Part shown: piece by piece, positions 18,897 to 28,671 of the stretch
Layout: each line of letters starts with the position of its first letter
Numbering within the stretch: the first letter of the stretch is position 1
Source: Candidatus Hydrogenedentota bacterium
GTDB lineage: Bacteria > Hydrogenedentota > Hydrogenedentia > Hydrogenedentales > CAITNO01
Assembly (NCBI GenBank): GCA_012730105.1
Contig: JAAYBJ010000003.1
Coordinates: forward strand, 13,450-77,449
Length of the DNA: 64,000 bases
Reading direction: 5' to 3'
Translations under genes and position numbers: made by a program
The notes under the pieces: model-generated
Database searches by the model: none
The model's input: the letters and a program-made list of their open reading frames with translations, nothing else
What the model was told of the DNA's origin: nothing

Positions 18897-18976
18897 ACGA
18901 TGAAAATGTAGACGCGGCGTCCCCGCCGCGTTATAAAAGCGGCTGGGAAGCCGCTTCTACATTCATTGATTACAAC
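18897..18976. repeat. R3 double-palindrome element, copy 2, abutting the GTG start of the next gene
   Basis: AACGATGAAAATGTAGACGCGGCGTCCCCGCCGCGTTATAAAAGCGGCTGGGAAGCCGCTTCTACATTCATTGATTACA. The stems are conserved relative to copy 1 while the loops differ. Confidence 0.6.
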
Positions 18977-21658
18977 GTGTTATTTGAAATTTTCAGGGCA
19001 GACCAAAGGAACCACACTGTGGTCAAAAAGACGGATTTAAGCACAGGCCTCCAGGAACTGGATCAGCTGCTGCGCGGTTTGATCTCGGGGGACAACCTGG
19101 TCTGGCGCGTGGATCACGTCGAGGATTACGCGGTTTTCGCGCGGCCGTACTGCGCGTTCGGGCTGGCATCGGGGCGGCCGGTAGTCTACCTGCGCTACGC
19201 AAACCATCCACCGATCCTGACGCCGGACGACTTTTCCGGCAATGTCAAGATTTACGATCTCGACCCGCGCATCGGGTTCGAACCTTTTCTTGACGCCGTC
19301 CACGACGCCATTGAAGAGACGCCCCGGGACGCCTACTATGTCTTTGATTCGCTGTCCAGCCTGGCGGAAACCTGGTACAGCGACCAGATGCTCTGCAATT
19401 TTTTCATGCTTACCTGCCCCTACCTGTACGACCGGGGGGACATCGCTTATTTCGCGCTGATGCGCGACCTGCATTCGAACGAGGCGGTCATGCCCATCCG
19501 AGACACGGCGCAGGTCATGGTGGACGTGCACCGGCACGAAGGCGAGCTGTACCTGCGCCCATTGAAAACCCAGCAGCGCTTCTCGCCGACCATGCACATG
19601 ATGCATCATTGGAGCGGCCGCTCGTTTCAGCCCATCTCAGAGAGTTACACCATCGCCGGGGTGCTGCACACTGCCCCGCCCTCGGCGGTCGGTTGCGCGG
19701 TGCGCCCGTTGGACGCCTGGAACAAGACCTTCCTGCAGGCACAGGATCTCCTGCTCGGCCCCGAGGAGGCGAGGAATAGCGAATACGCGGGGCTGCTCTT
19801 CGAGCGCCTGCTGCGCATGGTCATCTCCAGGGACGCGCGCATCCTGGAGCTGGCGCGGGAATATCTCACGCTGGACGACATGCTCGACATCGGGCGGCGG
19901 GTCATCGGGACCGGCATGATCGGCGGCAAGGCGGTCGGCATGCTCCTGGCCCAGGCCATTCTGAAACGGCATGCGCCGGAGCGGTGGCGCGGGCTTCTTG
20001 AAGGTCATGACAGTTTCTATATCGGCGCGGACGTCTTCTACACCTTTTTAGTGCGCAACGGTTGCTGGTGGATCCGGCGCCGTCAAAAAACGGCCAGCGA
20101 TTTCCTGGAGGGCGCCCAGCAGATCCGGCGGCGCATCATCACGGGGGTGTTCCCCCGCGAGGCCGAGGACGAACTGGCGCGCATGCTGGATTATTTCGGG
20201 TGCTCCCCCATCATTGTGCGTTCCAGTTCCCTGCTGGAAGACAATTTCGGCAACGCCTTCGCCGGTAAGTATGAGAGCGTGTTTTGTCCGAACCAGGGCT
20301 CCTTCCAGCAACGCCTGGAAGACTTCAAGTCGGCCGTGCGCACCGTTTACGCCAGCGCGATGAGCGAAGACGCCCTGGCCTACCGCAAGTGCCACGGTCT
20401 GCTGGACAAGGAAGAACAGATGGGCCTGCTCGTGCAGCGCGTTTCGGGCGTGCAGCGGGCGGACCTGTTCTTTCCGGACGCGGCGGGCGTCGCCTTTTCC
20501 TACAACCCCTACGTCTGGCACGAGGACATCGACCCCGAGGCCGGTATCGTGCGCCTGGTGTTCGGCCTGGGCACCCGCGCCGTAAACCGCGCCGACGACG
20601 ACTACACGCGCATCATCGCGCTTAACGCTCCCCTGCAGACCCCGGAGAGCGGACGTGCGGCAGGGCGGAAATATTATCAGCACAAGGTGGACGTGCTGGA
20701 CCTCGGCGCCAACCACCTGACCACGATGGATTTCGGCCAGGTACTTAAACGCATAGAAAACGGGCAGTGCACCTCCTGGCGCCTCGTGTCCATGCGCGAC
20801 CAGGAACTGGAACGGAGAAACCGGCAGGGAGAGCGGCAGAGCGCCTCGCCCCTGTTCATCAATTTCGACCGGTTCCTGAAGGAAACCCATTTCGTCGAGG
20901 ACATGCGCAACGGGCTGGAAATTATCCAGAAGGCCTACCGGTACCCGGTGGACGTGGAGTTTACCCTGAATTTCGCCGCCGAGAAAGAATACCGCATCAA
21001 CATCGTCCAGTGCAGGCCCCTGCAGGTGAAAGGGAACGCCCGGGCGGAGGCCCTGCCCGACAATATCCCGGAGGACCGGATACTGCTGCGCTCCTCAGGG
21101 CCCGTGATCGGCCAGACGCGGTCGGACGTGGTGGACCGTTTTATCTTTGTCAACCCGGAAACCTACGGGCAACTGCCCGTGCAGGAGCGCCACCGCATCG
21201 CGCGCCTTATCGGGCAGTTGACCCACTGCGATGCCGTCTGCCAGCATCCCCAAGTAATGCTGCTCGGACCGGGACGCTGGGGCACATCCACACCTTCGCT
21301 GGGCGTGCCGGTGAATTTCGCCGAGATCGAGAACGTGTCGGTCCTGTGTGAAATTGTGGCCATGCGCGAAGACCTGGTGCCCGACGTGTCCATGGGCACG
21401 CACTTTTTCAGCGAGCTGGTGGAGATGGAGATGCTTTATCTGACCCTGTTTCCGGACAAGGCGGACTCGGTGCTCGCGTCCCGGTTCTTCCTGGAAGCGC
21501 CCAACCACCTCGCGGAGGCGCTGCCGGGCGCAGAGCCCTATGCGGATGTGGTGCGGCTGCTGCACCTGGACGATATCGCCCCCGGCGCCCGGGCGCGGCT
21601 TTACGCCGATTCGATGAAGCAGCAGACGCTGTGCTTTATCGAACCGGCCTCCAAGTAA
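18977..21658 (+). CDS. Large (893-aa) protein: unknown N-terminal ~300-aa domain fused to a PEP-synthase/PPDK N-terminal-like ATP-binding (ATP-grasp) kinase domain
   Basis: GGKAVGMLLAQ and IIVRSSSLLEDNFGNAFAGKYESV resemble the nucleotide-binding motifs of pyruvate,water dikinase / rifampin phosphotransferase N-domains. There is no His swivel domain. GTG start, with no ATG for about 138 codons. Confidence 0.75.
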   Translation: MLFEIFRADQRNHTVVKKTDLSTGLQELDQLLRGLISGDNLVWRVDHVEDYAVFARPYCAFGLASGRPVVYLRYANHPPILTPDDFSGNVKIYDLDPRIGFEPFLDAVHDAIEETPRDAYYVFDSLSSLAETWYSDQMLCNFFMLTCPYLYDRGDIAYFALMRDLHSNEAVMPIRDTAQVMVDVHRHEGELYLRPLKTQQRFSPTMHMMHHWSGRSFQPISESYTIAGVLHTAPPSAVGCAVRPLDAWNKTFLQAQDLLLGPEEARNSEYAGLLFERLLRMVISRDARILELAREYLTLDDMLDIGRRVIGTGMIGGKAVGMLLAQAILKRHAPERWRGLLEGHDSFYIGADVFYTFLVRNGCWWIRRRQKTASDFLEGAQQIRRRIITGVFPREAEDELARMLDYFGCSPIIVRSSSLLEDNFGNAFAGKYESVFCPNQGSFQQRLEDFKSAVRTVYASAMSEDALAYRKCHGLLDKEEQMGLLVQRVSGVQRADLFFPDAAGVAFSYNPYVWHEDIDPEAGIVRLVFGLGTRAVNRADDDYTRIIALNAPLQTPESGRAAGRKYYQHKVDVLDLGANHLTTMDFGQVLKRIENGQCTSWRLVSMRDQELERRNRQGERQSASPLFINFDRFLKETHFVEDMRNGLEIIQKAYRYPVDVEFTLNFAAEKEYRINIVQCRPLQVKGNARAEALPDNIPEDRILLRSSGPVIGQTRSDVVDRFIFVNPETYGQLPVQERHRIARLIGQLTHCDAVCQHPQVMLLGPGRWGTSTPSLGVPVNFAEIENVSVLCEIVAMREDLVPDVSMGTHFFSELVEMEMLYLTLFPDKADSVLASRFFLEAPNHLAEALPGAEPYADVVRLLHLDDIAPGARARLYADSMKQQTLCFIEPASK

Positions 21659-21693
21659 GACAACGGGGGCACAGCGCGAAAGGAATATCAGTC

Positions 21694-22125
21694 ATGAACG
21701 AGGAACAGGCCCTGCCTTTTTCGCTGTCCGTCAAGGCCATTGTCATGGATAAGGATAAACGGTGCCTCGTGCTCCGGCGTTCCATGGCGTCAAAAAATAA
21801 TGCGGGTAAATGGGAGTTCCCCGGGGGAAAACTAAATCCGGGCGAATCCTTCGACAACGCGCTTGAACGCGAGGTACATGAGGAGACCGGCCTGGAAATC
21901 ACCCTGCTGCGTCCCTTCGACACCGCCATGTCGTCCATCCAAGACCGGCGCGTGGTCTATCTGTTCATGCTTGCCGAAACCGGGACGGATCGGGTGCGCC
22001 TGAGCAACGAGCATGACGCGTTCCAGTGGGTCGCTGTGGACCGGCTCGCGGAGGTGGACCTGGCGCGACAGTTCCAAAGCGTGGCGCAGCGCATGGCCGA
22101 AGCTGTTCTGAACGGCGCGCTGTGA
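21694..22125 (+). CDS. Nudix hydrolase
   Basis: Nudix box GGKLNPGESFDNALEREVHEETGL (GX5EX7REUXEEXGU). AAAGGAA RBS before the ATG at 21694. Begins 33 bp after the upstream gene ends. Confidence 0.85.
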   Translation: MNEEQALPFSLSVKAIVMDKDKRCLVLRRSMASKNNAGKWEFPGGKLNPGESFDNALEREVHEETGLEITLLRPFDTAMSSIQDRRVVYLFMLAETGTDRVRLSNEHDAFQWVAVDRLAEVDLARQFQSVAQRMAEAVLNGAL

Positions 22126-22189
22126 ATGAATTTCGAAACCCAGGGACCGAAAAATAGCGATAACGTCCTGCCCGGACATGCGCCTAAGA

Positions 22190-22423
22190 CTAGGCATGCA
22201 CCATCTCCAATTCCATGGTAACGATCATGGTGGGGTTTGCGGCCAACCCCATATCGGACAGATCTTCATCCTCGAGATGCAAAGAAACCGCTTCATGCAA
22301 ATTCGCAATGGTTTCGTCAAGTGTCCGGCCTTGAGTAACGACGGGGATTTCCAGACACTCCGCCACATAACCCGAATTATCTCCGCAACGGACCACGGCC
22401 TTTATTGTATGCTGCAATTGCAT
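22190..22423 (-). CDS. HicB-like (UPF0150 family) antitoxin-like protein, apparently orphan
   Basis: GYVAECLEIPVVTQGRTLDETIANLHEAVSLHLED matches the HicB N-domain consensus. AGGAGA RBS. No recognisable HicA found nearby. Confidence 0.65.
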   Translation of the reverse strand: MQLQHTIKAVVRCGDNSGYVAECLEIPVVTQGRTLDETIANLHEAVSLHLEDEDLSDMGLAANPTMIVTMELEMVHA

Positions 22424-22684
22424 CGACTCATCTCCTGAATATCAGTACCGCCTTCTGGAAGAAGATCAGTAGTATCCTTTTTTGTATTATACCCCAGCAT
22501 GAAATCTGTAAGGCCAAAGCACAAAGTATAAGGCTTGACCCACAGCATCGTCCATAGAGGCCTGATGATTAGAATTCGATCACTTTCCGCCAGGCAACGA
22601 CTTTGATACAATGAAACTATCGACGGCGCGGAATAAGAATCACCGCGTCCTGCCGGGCTGCGAATACATAAGGAGCCTGCGTTC

Positions 22685-23761
22685 ATGTGTTACCGACATT
22701 TTCTTGCCGGAATCCTTCTACCGGGCCTGATCTGTTGCGCACAGGCCGGGGCTGAAAACACTTTCACGGCGGCTGCCTCGCCGCAGGAGGAACGGATAAA
22801 AGCGTTTTGCATTGATTTTAACTGGGGCCCGGAGGGCTTTGCCAAGCCGGGCATGTGCGCCGGCGCGTCGGCAAAAAAACATTTCGAATGGTACCGGGAC
22901 ATGGGGGTCAACACCATTCAGACCTTCTGCGTGAGCTGTCCCGGATACGCGTGGTACAACAGCGACGTCGCCCCGGTACAGCCGGGCATGGAGGGTGATT
23001 TCCTCAAGGAACTGGTGGAACTCGGACACGGGGCGGGCATGCGCGTCATGGGCTATTTCTGTATCGGCGCCAACACCTACTGGAATGAAAAGCATCCAGA
23101 CCTGAGCCACAACTTCCCCAGCGCCATTTCCATCCCTTTTACCCTGCAATACCTGGACTACCTGGAACGGGTCATCCGCGAGGCCGTCAGCAAGACGGGT
23201 ATTGACGGCTTCATGATCGACTGGGTCTACAACGCCTCCCATCTCTATCCCGACCGAAAGTATACCTGGCTGGATTGTGAGAAGCAGATGTACACGGAAT
23301 TATTCAACGAAGCGTTTCCCGGGGACGCAGCCATGGATGAAGGGCGCATCAACGCGTTCAACAAACGCGCCACGGAACGCTGCTGGGACCGCATTCGCAG
23401 CGCTACGAAATCGACCAATCCGGACTGCATCCTCTGGCTGACCTGTTATGACCTACAGCATCCCATGCTGAAAGGTTCCCGAATGCTGCGCGAAGTGGAT
23501 TGGATCATGAACGAACATCCCGACACGGAAAAACTGGCCAATCTGCGCGCCGTCATCGGGCCACAAACAAAAATCATCCAGTGCATCTGCGGCTGGGGCG
23601 ACCAGCACAATGCGGAAAAGATTATTAACGATCCCGCCTTCAATGCCCTCGGCCTCTACGGGTTCGCGCGCCCCGACCTCACCACCACCCTGCCCCCGGA
23701 CGACGACTCCGGAAATGCCCGCAATATCGCGGCCATGCGCAAGGCCTTTAATCTGCGGTAG
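22685..23761 (+). CDS. Secreted hypothetical protein, possibly a glycoside-hydrolase-like TIM-barrel
   Basis: Signal peptide; AAGGAG RBS. Weak resemblance to the N-domain of the 29410 gene product (GYAWYNSD vs NYAYYNSK). Family not assignable by eye. Confidence 0.6.
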   Translation: MCYRHFLAGILLPGLICCAQAGAENTFTAAASPQEERIKAFCIDFNWGPEGFAKPGMCAGASAKKHFEWYRDMGVNTIQTFCVSCPGYAWYNSDVAPVQPGMEGDFLKELVELGHGAGMRVMGYFCIGANTYWNEKHPDLSHNFPSAISIPFTLQYLDYLERVIREAVSKTGIDGFMIDWVYNASHLYPDRKYTWLDCEKQMYTELFNEAFPGDAAMDEGRINAFNKRATERCWDRIRSATKSTNPDCILWLTCYDLQHPMLKGSRMLREVDWIMNEHPDTEKLANLRAVIGPQTKIIQCICGWGDQHNAEKIINDPAFNALGLYGFARPDLTTTLPPDDDSGNARNIAAMRKAFNLR

Positions 23762-23885
23762 TTGTCGAATGTTCTTTTTGACAGCCCCTCAATAAGACCT
23801 TATAATCACCCTTTCCATGGCGACGGAAAACACTGCAACTATGCAATAAAAAAACGGCAGTTGAATTGTGAAGCGGTTTTCGAAC

Positions 23886-24003
23886 CAAAGGACATAAATG
23901 ACCAAAAGGACAGTAGAACATTCTCCCGGTTGGTGCGTCCTTGACGTCCTTTCGGTCCTTTTTTTTAAGAGATTTTCCCGGCGTTAACAGCCGTTTTTTT
24001 TTG
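23886..24003. repeat. R2 palindromic repeat, copy c
   Basis: CCAAAGGACATAAATGACCAAAAGGAC...GTCCTTTCGGTCCTTTTTTTTAAGAGATTTTCCCGGCGTTAACAGCCGTTTTT. Confidence 0.5.
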
Positions 24004-24052
24004 GATGAACGCCGGCAGAAACCCAAGCAAATCGTTAGGAAAGAGAAAACAA

Positions 24053-26281
24053 ATGCGTCTTGGAACCTATTTATTAATTGGGGCGTGCCTGTCAACAACG
24101 ATTTCAACCGCCTGGGCGGAAGACCTGTACACGGTAACCTGGGAATCCCCCAGCGACGGTCCTTCGGGTTCCATGCCTCTCGGCAACGGCGCTTATGGCA
24201 TCAACCTGTGGGTGGAACCTAATGGCGAGATCTGTTTTTATGTCTCGGGGAGCGGCGCATGGAGCGGCAACGCCCGCCTGCTCAAACTGGGCCGGGTGCG
24301 AATAAGCCTCACTCCTACTCCCTTCCGTGAGAACACTCCTTTCCGGCAAGTACTGGACACGCGCCGGGGCGTTGCCACCCTTGTATTCGGCGGGCCGGAC
24401 GAAGAAACGCACGTGGAAATATGGGTGGACGCCCTGTATCCCGCGATACGCGTATATATGCAAAGCGCCTTGCCCAGGCGCATGCGCGCCGTCGCGGAAA
24501 CCTGGCGAACCGCTCCAAGAGAACTGCTTCCCGAGGAACGGGGCAGCGCTTATGGACTTGCGGAATCGGGAAAGCCCATTATGGTGGAACCGGACAGATA
24601 CGCGGAAGGGGTCGCCGACGCCGTCGTACTTTTCCACCGGAATGAACACTCCATCTGGGCGGAAACGCTGCGTCACCAGGGCATGGAACGCTGGCTGGCA
24701 CAAGGAAAGGATCCCCTGCTGTATCGCACTTTCGGCATGCGCCTGTCCGGGGCGGGATTCCGGTCCGAGGACGCGCGCACCCTCACCGCTGACGAAACAC
24801 GCGAATGCCTGATAAATGTACACCTGCATACGGCCCAGACTGAAAGCATCGATGCCTGGCGTGAAGCCCTTGAAGACGTGGCGCGGACAGATACCCGGCC
24901 TTATGACCAGGCGCTACAAGAGCATTCAGCCTGGTGGGATGCGTTTCAGGAACGCAGCTGGATTCACATCGAAGGCAAGGATGTGGAACATATCAATCGC
25001 GGTTATGCCCTGCAGCGGTATATTACGGCCTGCGCGGGCCGGGGCGAATTTCCCATTAAGTTCAACGGCTCCCTGTTTACAGTGGACGCTGTGGAAAACG
25101 GGAAGCGCCTTGACGCCGACTACCGTCGCTGGGGCGGGCCATACTGGTTCCAGAACACGCGCCTGGTCTATTGGCCCATGCTTGCCGCGGGCGATACGGA
25201 AATGATGTTCCCTCTCTTCAACATTTACCGCGAGATGCTGCCTTTCACGGAGTCCCGCACGCAAGTGTATTTCAACCACGGAGGGGCGTTTTTCCCGGAA
25301 ACGCTCTATTTCTGGGGCGCTTACGCCAATGACAATTACGGGTACAACCGCGGGGACCTGCCTGTGGGCATCACGGAAAACCGCTATATCCGCCATTACT
25401 ACGACGGCGCCCTGGAATTGATAATGTTAATGCTCGCCTATCACGCCTACACGGAAGAAAACGCTTTTCTGGAAGAATACGTGTTTCCTTTGGCGGAACC
25501 CGTGTTGCGATTTTATTTTGAACATTATGGAACGGATGATCTGGGCAAACTGCGGATATATCCGTCGCAGGCACTGGAAACCTATCAGGACGCAGTGAAT
25601 CCCATGCCGGCTGTTGCGGGGCTGCAAAGCGTTCTCGAGGGATTACTTGCTCTGCCAGAGGCGTCGACCCGTGCGGAGCAGCGGGTGCAATGGGAGCGGT
25701 GGGTCAGCCTGCTGCCCGGGCTGCCCACACGCGAAGAAGAGGGTAAAACGCTGCTCTCAGCTGCCGAGAAAATACTGGAGCAGTCCGCCAATGTGGAGAA
25801 TCCTGAATTGTATGCCGTATTCCCCTACCGCCGCTACGGCATCGGCAAGCCGGACCTCGACGTGGCGCGCCGCACCTTCGAATTGCGGCGCATAAAGGGG
25901 AACACCGGGTGGAACCAGGACGAAACGCAAGCGGCCTTGCTGGGCCTGGCGGAAGAGGCGCGACGCGGTCTTGATGACCGTCTCCGAAGGAAGCACGAGC
26001 GTAGCCGCTTCCCGGCCTTCTGGGGTCCCAATTACGACTGGATTCCCGACCAGGACCACGGCGGCAATGCCATGATGGCGCTACAGACCATGTTGCTGCA
26101 GGCGGACGGAGACCGACTCTACCTGTTCCCCGCCTGGCCAAAAGACTGGAATGTTTCGTTTAAACTGCATGCCCCCGATAACACCGCTGTCACGGGCATC
26201 TACCGTGACGGAAACGTTGTTGAACTTTCGGTAGACCCGGAAATACGGCGCAGTCGACTCATCATCATGACGCCGCAGTAG
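24053..26281 (+). CDS. Secreted glycoside hydrolase, GH95-like (N-terminal PLGNG motif domain plus alpha/alpha-barrel); family assignment tentative
   Basis: Signal peptide MRLGTYLLIGACLSTTISTAWA. SMPLGNGAYGINLW resembles the GH95/GH65-N-type LPIGNGRLGAMV motif. 742 aa. Confidence 0.7.
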   Translation: MRLGTYLLIGACLSTTISTAWAEDLYTVTWESPSDGPSGSMPLGNGAYGINLWVEPNGEICFYVSGSGAWSGNARLLKLGRVRISLTPTPFRENTPFRQVLDTRRGVATLVFGGPDEETHVEIWVDALYPAIRVYMQSALPRRMRAVAETWRTAPRELLPEERGSAYGLAESGKPIMVEPDRYAEGVADAVVLFHRNEHSIWAETLRHQGMERWLAQGKDPLLYRTFGMRLSGAGFRSEDARTLTADETRECLINVHLHTAQTESIDAWREALEDVARTDTRPYDQALQEHSAWWDAFQERSWIHIEGKDVEHINRGYALQRYITACAGRGEFPIKFNGSLFTVDAVENGKRLDADYRRWGGPYWFQNTRLVYWPMLAAGDTEMMFPLFNIYREMLPFTESRTQVYFNHGGAFFPETLYFWGAYANDNYGYNRGDLPVGITENRYIRHYYDGALELIMLMLAYHAYTEENAFLEEYVFPLAEPVLRFYFEHYGTDDLGKLRIYPSQALETYQDAVNPMPAVAGLQSVLEGLLALPEASTRAEQRVQWERWVSLLPGLPTREEEGKTLLSAAEKILEQSANVENPELYAVFPYRRYGIGKPDLDVARRTFELRRIKGNTGWNQDETQAALLGLAEEARRGLDDRLRRKHERSRFPAFWGPNYDWIPDQDHGGNAMMALQTMLLQADGDRLYLFPAWPKDWNVSFKLHAPDNTAVTGIYRDGNVVELSVDPEIRRSRLIIMTPQ

Positions 26282-26308
26282 AAAGCGCAACCAACGAGGA
26301 ATGACAAT

Positions 26309-28504
26309 ATGAATTTTTGGCGATTATTGTCTCTTGCCCTGTGCGTATGCGCGGCGGCGACTGCCGATGACCTGGGCAGCCTGCATTCACTGTCAGAGGA
26401 GGTGGCGGTCGTGGGAGCGGATTGGCTGGTAGACCCGATAGAAACAAAAGCGGGCGTCTATCGCGGGCCCGACGGGAAGAGCATGGTTCTTTCCAACGGC
26501 CTGTTGCGACGCACCTTTCGCTTGGAACCCAATGCCGCCACTATCAGGTTTGACAATCTCGTATCGGGTGAGGCGTTGCTGCGCGGCGTAAAGCCTGAGG
26601 CTGTCATTACGATTGACGGTAAATCAATCGAGGTGGGCGGTCTGAAAGGGCAGCCCAATTACGCCTTCCTGCGCGAGGAATGGCTCAATACCCTCAGCGC
26701 CGCACCGGAAGCAATGCGTTTTACGGGCTTTGCCGTCGGGCCCATAGAGGAACGGATGACCTGGAACCGGGTCCGTCATCATGCGCCCGGCATTGCCTGG
26801 CCGCCGAAAGGCATACACCTGCGCATGGTGTACGCCATGCCCGAAGGCACAGCTTCGCCGCTACAGGATGTTACCGTATCGGTGCACTATGAGCTGTACG
26901 ACGGGTTGCCCGTGCTCTGCAAATGGATATCTGTCACCAACACCGGGACCAAGCCGGTCATGCTCGACCGTTTCATCAGCGAGTTACTTGCCGCGGTGGA
27001 ATACAGTTCCGACGTGGAGGACCGGGCCGGCGCGGCGCGCCACCCGAATATTCTCGTGGAAACGGATTACGCTTTCCTGGCCATGAGTTCCATGAACGCG
27101 GGCCGTCATGCCGTGCGCTGGACGCCCGATCCCGACTACGAAACGCAGGTCAACTACGAGCGGAAGAATCCCTGCCTGCTGCAGGTCGGCCCGGATCCCG
27201 GCCCGGCGGCAACACTGCAGCCCGGCGAAACCTTTTCCTCCTTCCGGACCTGGTTGCTCCCCTTTGACGGAGACGACCGGGAACGGAACGGTCTCGCCCA
27301 GCGGCGGATGTACCGCACCATAGCGCCATGGGTCACGGAGAATCCGCTGATGCTGCACGCGCGATTCTCTAATCAAAAAGCGGTCGAGAAAGCCATCGAC
27401 CAGTGCGCCGACGTCGGCTTCGAAATGGTCATCCTGACCTTCGGCAGCGGCTTTGATATTGAGGATGACAGCCCGGCTTACCTGGAAAAAATGAAGGGGT
27501 ATGCGGAATACGCCCATGCCCGGGGCATTGAAATCGGGGGCTATTCTCTTTTAGCCTCAAGAAGCATCGACCCGGAAAATAATATCGTTTCTCCGGAAGA
27601 TTCCCCGCCCGCTTTCGGCCAATCCCCCTGCATCCAAAGCGCATGGGGACAGGCGTATTTCAAAAAGTTGTATGCGTTTTATGAGCGTACCGGCTTCACC
27701 CTTTTAGAACATGACGGCTCCTATCCCGGCGATCTGTGCGCAAGCGCGAGCCATCCGGGGCATCGCGGTCTGGAAGACTCCCGCTGGTCCCAATGGAAAA
27801 CCATAACGGATTTCTATCACTGGTGCCGCGGCCGGGGCGTCTTCCTGAATGTGCCGGACTGGTATTTCCTGAGCGGGTCGAACAAGACCGGAATGGGCTA
27901 CCGGGAAACCAATTGGAACCTGCCACGGGATCAGCAGGTTATCCACACGCGCCAGAATATTTATGACGGCACTTGGGAGAAAACGCCCGGCATGGGCTGG
28001 ATGTTCGTGCCCCTCACCGAGTACCACGGCGGCGGCGAAGCGGCCACTATCGAACCACTTGACGAGCACCTTGACCACTATGAACGCATGCTCGTGAGCA
28101 ACCTGGCCTTCGGCGTCCAGGCCTGCTATCGTGGCCCGCGTCTTTACGATACGGACCGCACCCGGGACACGGTTAAGAAGTGGGTTTCCTGGTACAAGAC
28201 ACACCGGGACATCCTGGAAAGCGACCTTATCCATGGTCGGCGCGCGGACGGGCGTGATCTTGACTGGATGCTGCATGTGAACCCGCTGTTACCGGTCAAA
28301 GGCATGCTGGTCGTATTCAATCCCCTCGACCAGCCCATGGAACGAACCCTGGCCGTTAATCTGTATTATACGGGTTTGAAAGAACGGGCGGTTATTGTCG
28401 GGGAATCAGGAGAAGAACAGGAATTGCTCCTGAATCGTAATTACACGGTTCCCATAACGGTCCAAGCGAGTGCATGCGGTTTTACCTGGTATAAGATACG
28501 ATGA
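26309..28504 (+). CDS. Secreted glycoside hydrolase-like protein (family unassigned; alpha-galactosidase/GH36-like architecture suspected)
   Basis: Signal peptide. N-terminal beta-sandwich, then a TIM-barrel-like core with many conserved aromatic/acidic residues. 731 aa. Low confidence on family. Confidence 0.7.
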   Translation: MNFWRLLSLALCVCAAATADDLGSLHSLSEEVAVVGADWLVDPIETKAGVYRGPDGKSMVLSNGLLRRTFRLEPNAATIRFDNLVSGEALLRGVKPEAVITIDGKSIEVGGLKGQPNYAFLREEWLNTLSAAPEAMRFTGFAVGPIEERMTWNRVRHHAPGIAWPPKGIHLRMVYAMPEGTASPLQDVTVSVHYELYDGLPVLCKWISVTNTGTKPVMLDRFISELLAAVEYSSDVEDRAGAARHPNILVETDYAFLAMSSMNAGRHAVRWTPDPDYETQVNYERKNPCLLQVGPDPGPAATLQPGETFSSFRTWLLPFDGDDRERNGLAQRRMYRTIAPWVTENPLMLHARFSNQKAVEKAIDQCADVGFEMVILTFGSGFDIEDDSPAYLEKMKGYAEYAHARGIEIGGYSLLASRSIDPENNIVSPEDSPPAFGQSPCIQSAWGQAYFKKLYAFYERTGFTLLEHDGSYPGDLCASASHPGHRGLEDSRWSQWKTITDFYHWCRGRGVFLNVPDWYFLSGSNKTGMGYRETNWNLPRDQQVIHTRQNIYDGTWEKTPGMGWMFVPLTEYHGGGEAATIEPLDEHLDHYERMLVSNLAFGVQACYRGPRLYDTDRTRDTVKKWVSWYKTHRDILESDLIHGRRADGRDLDWMLHVNPLLPVKGMLVVFNPLDQPMERTLAVNLYYTGLKERAVIVGESGEEQELLLNRNYTVPITVQASACGFTWYKIR

Positions 28505-28671
28505 ACCTGAAAACGCTTGTTGAAAGAAAGAACCCAAAAGATTAACACGGGTTTTGCCCGTCCCCCGTAGCGTAATGATAAATACGGAGTATAATGGGAT
28601 GGTCTCCGTCGCGCGTGAAGACCGTGGGCACCCTTGGGACGCTGGCCTACATCGTTATTCCGAAAGATGTA

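Noticed and set aside
18977-19900. KaiC/RecA-like P-loop ATPase for the N-domain of the 893-aa protein.
   Set aside because: Vague resemblance only (GLQELDQLLRGLISGDNLVW). No Walker A GxxxxGK[ST] is present, so no such call was made.
22424-22686. Looked for a HicA toxin upstream of the HicB-like gene.
   Set aside because: The overlapping 94-aa ORF lacks the HicA/YcfA GSH…HP…lxxGtl pattern, so no call was made.
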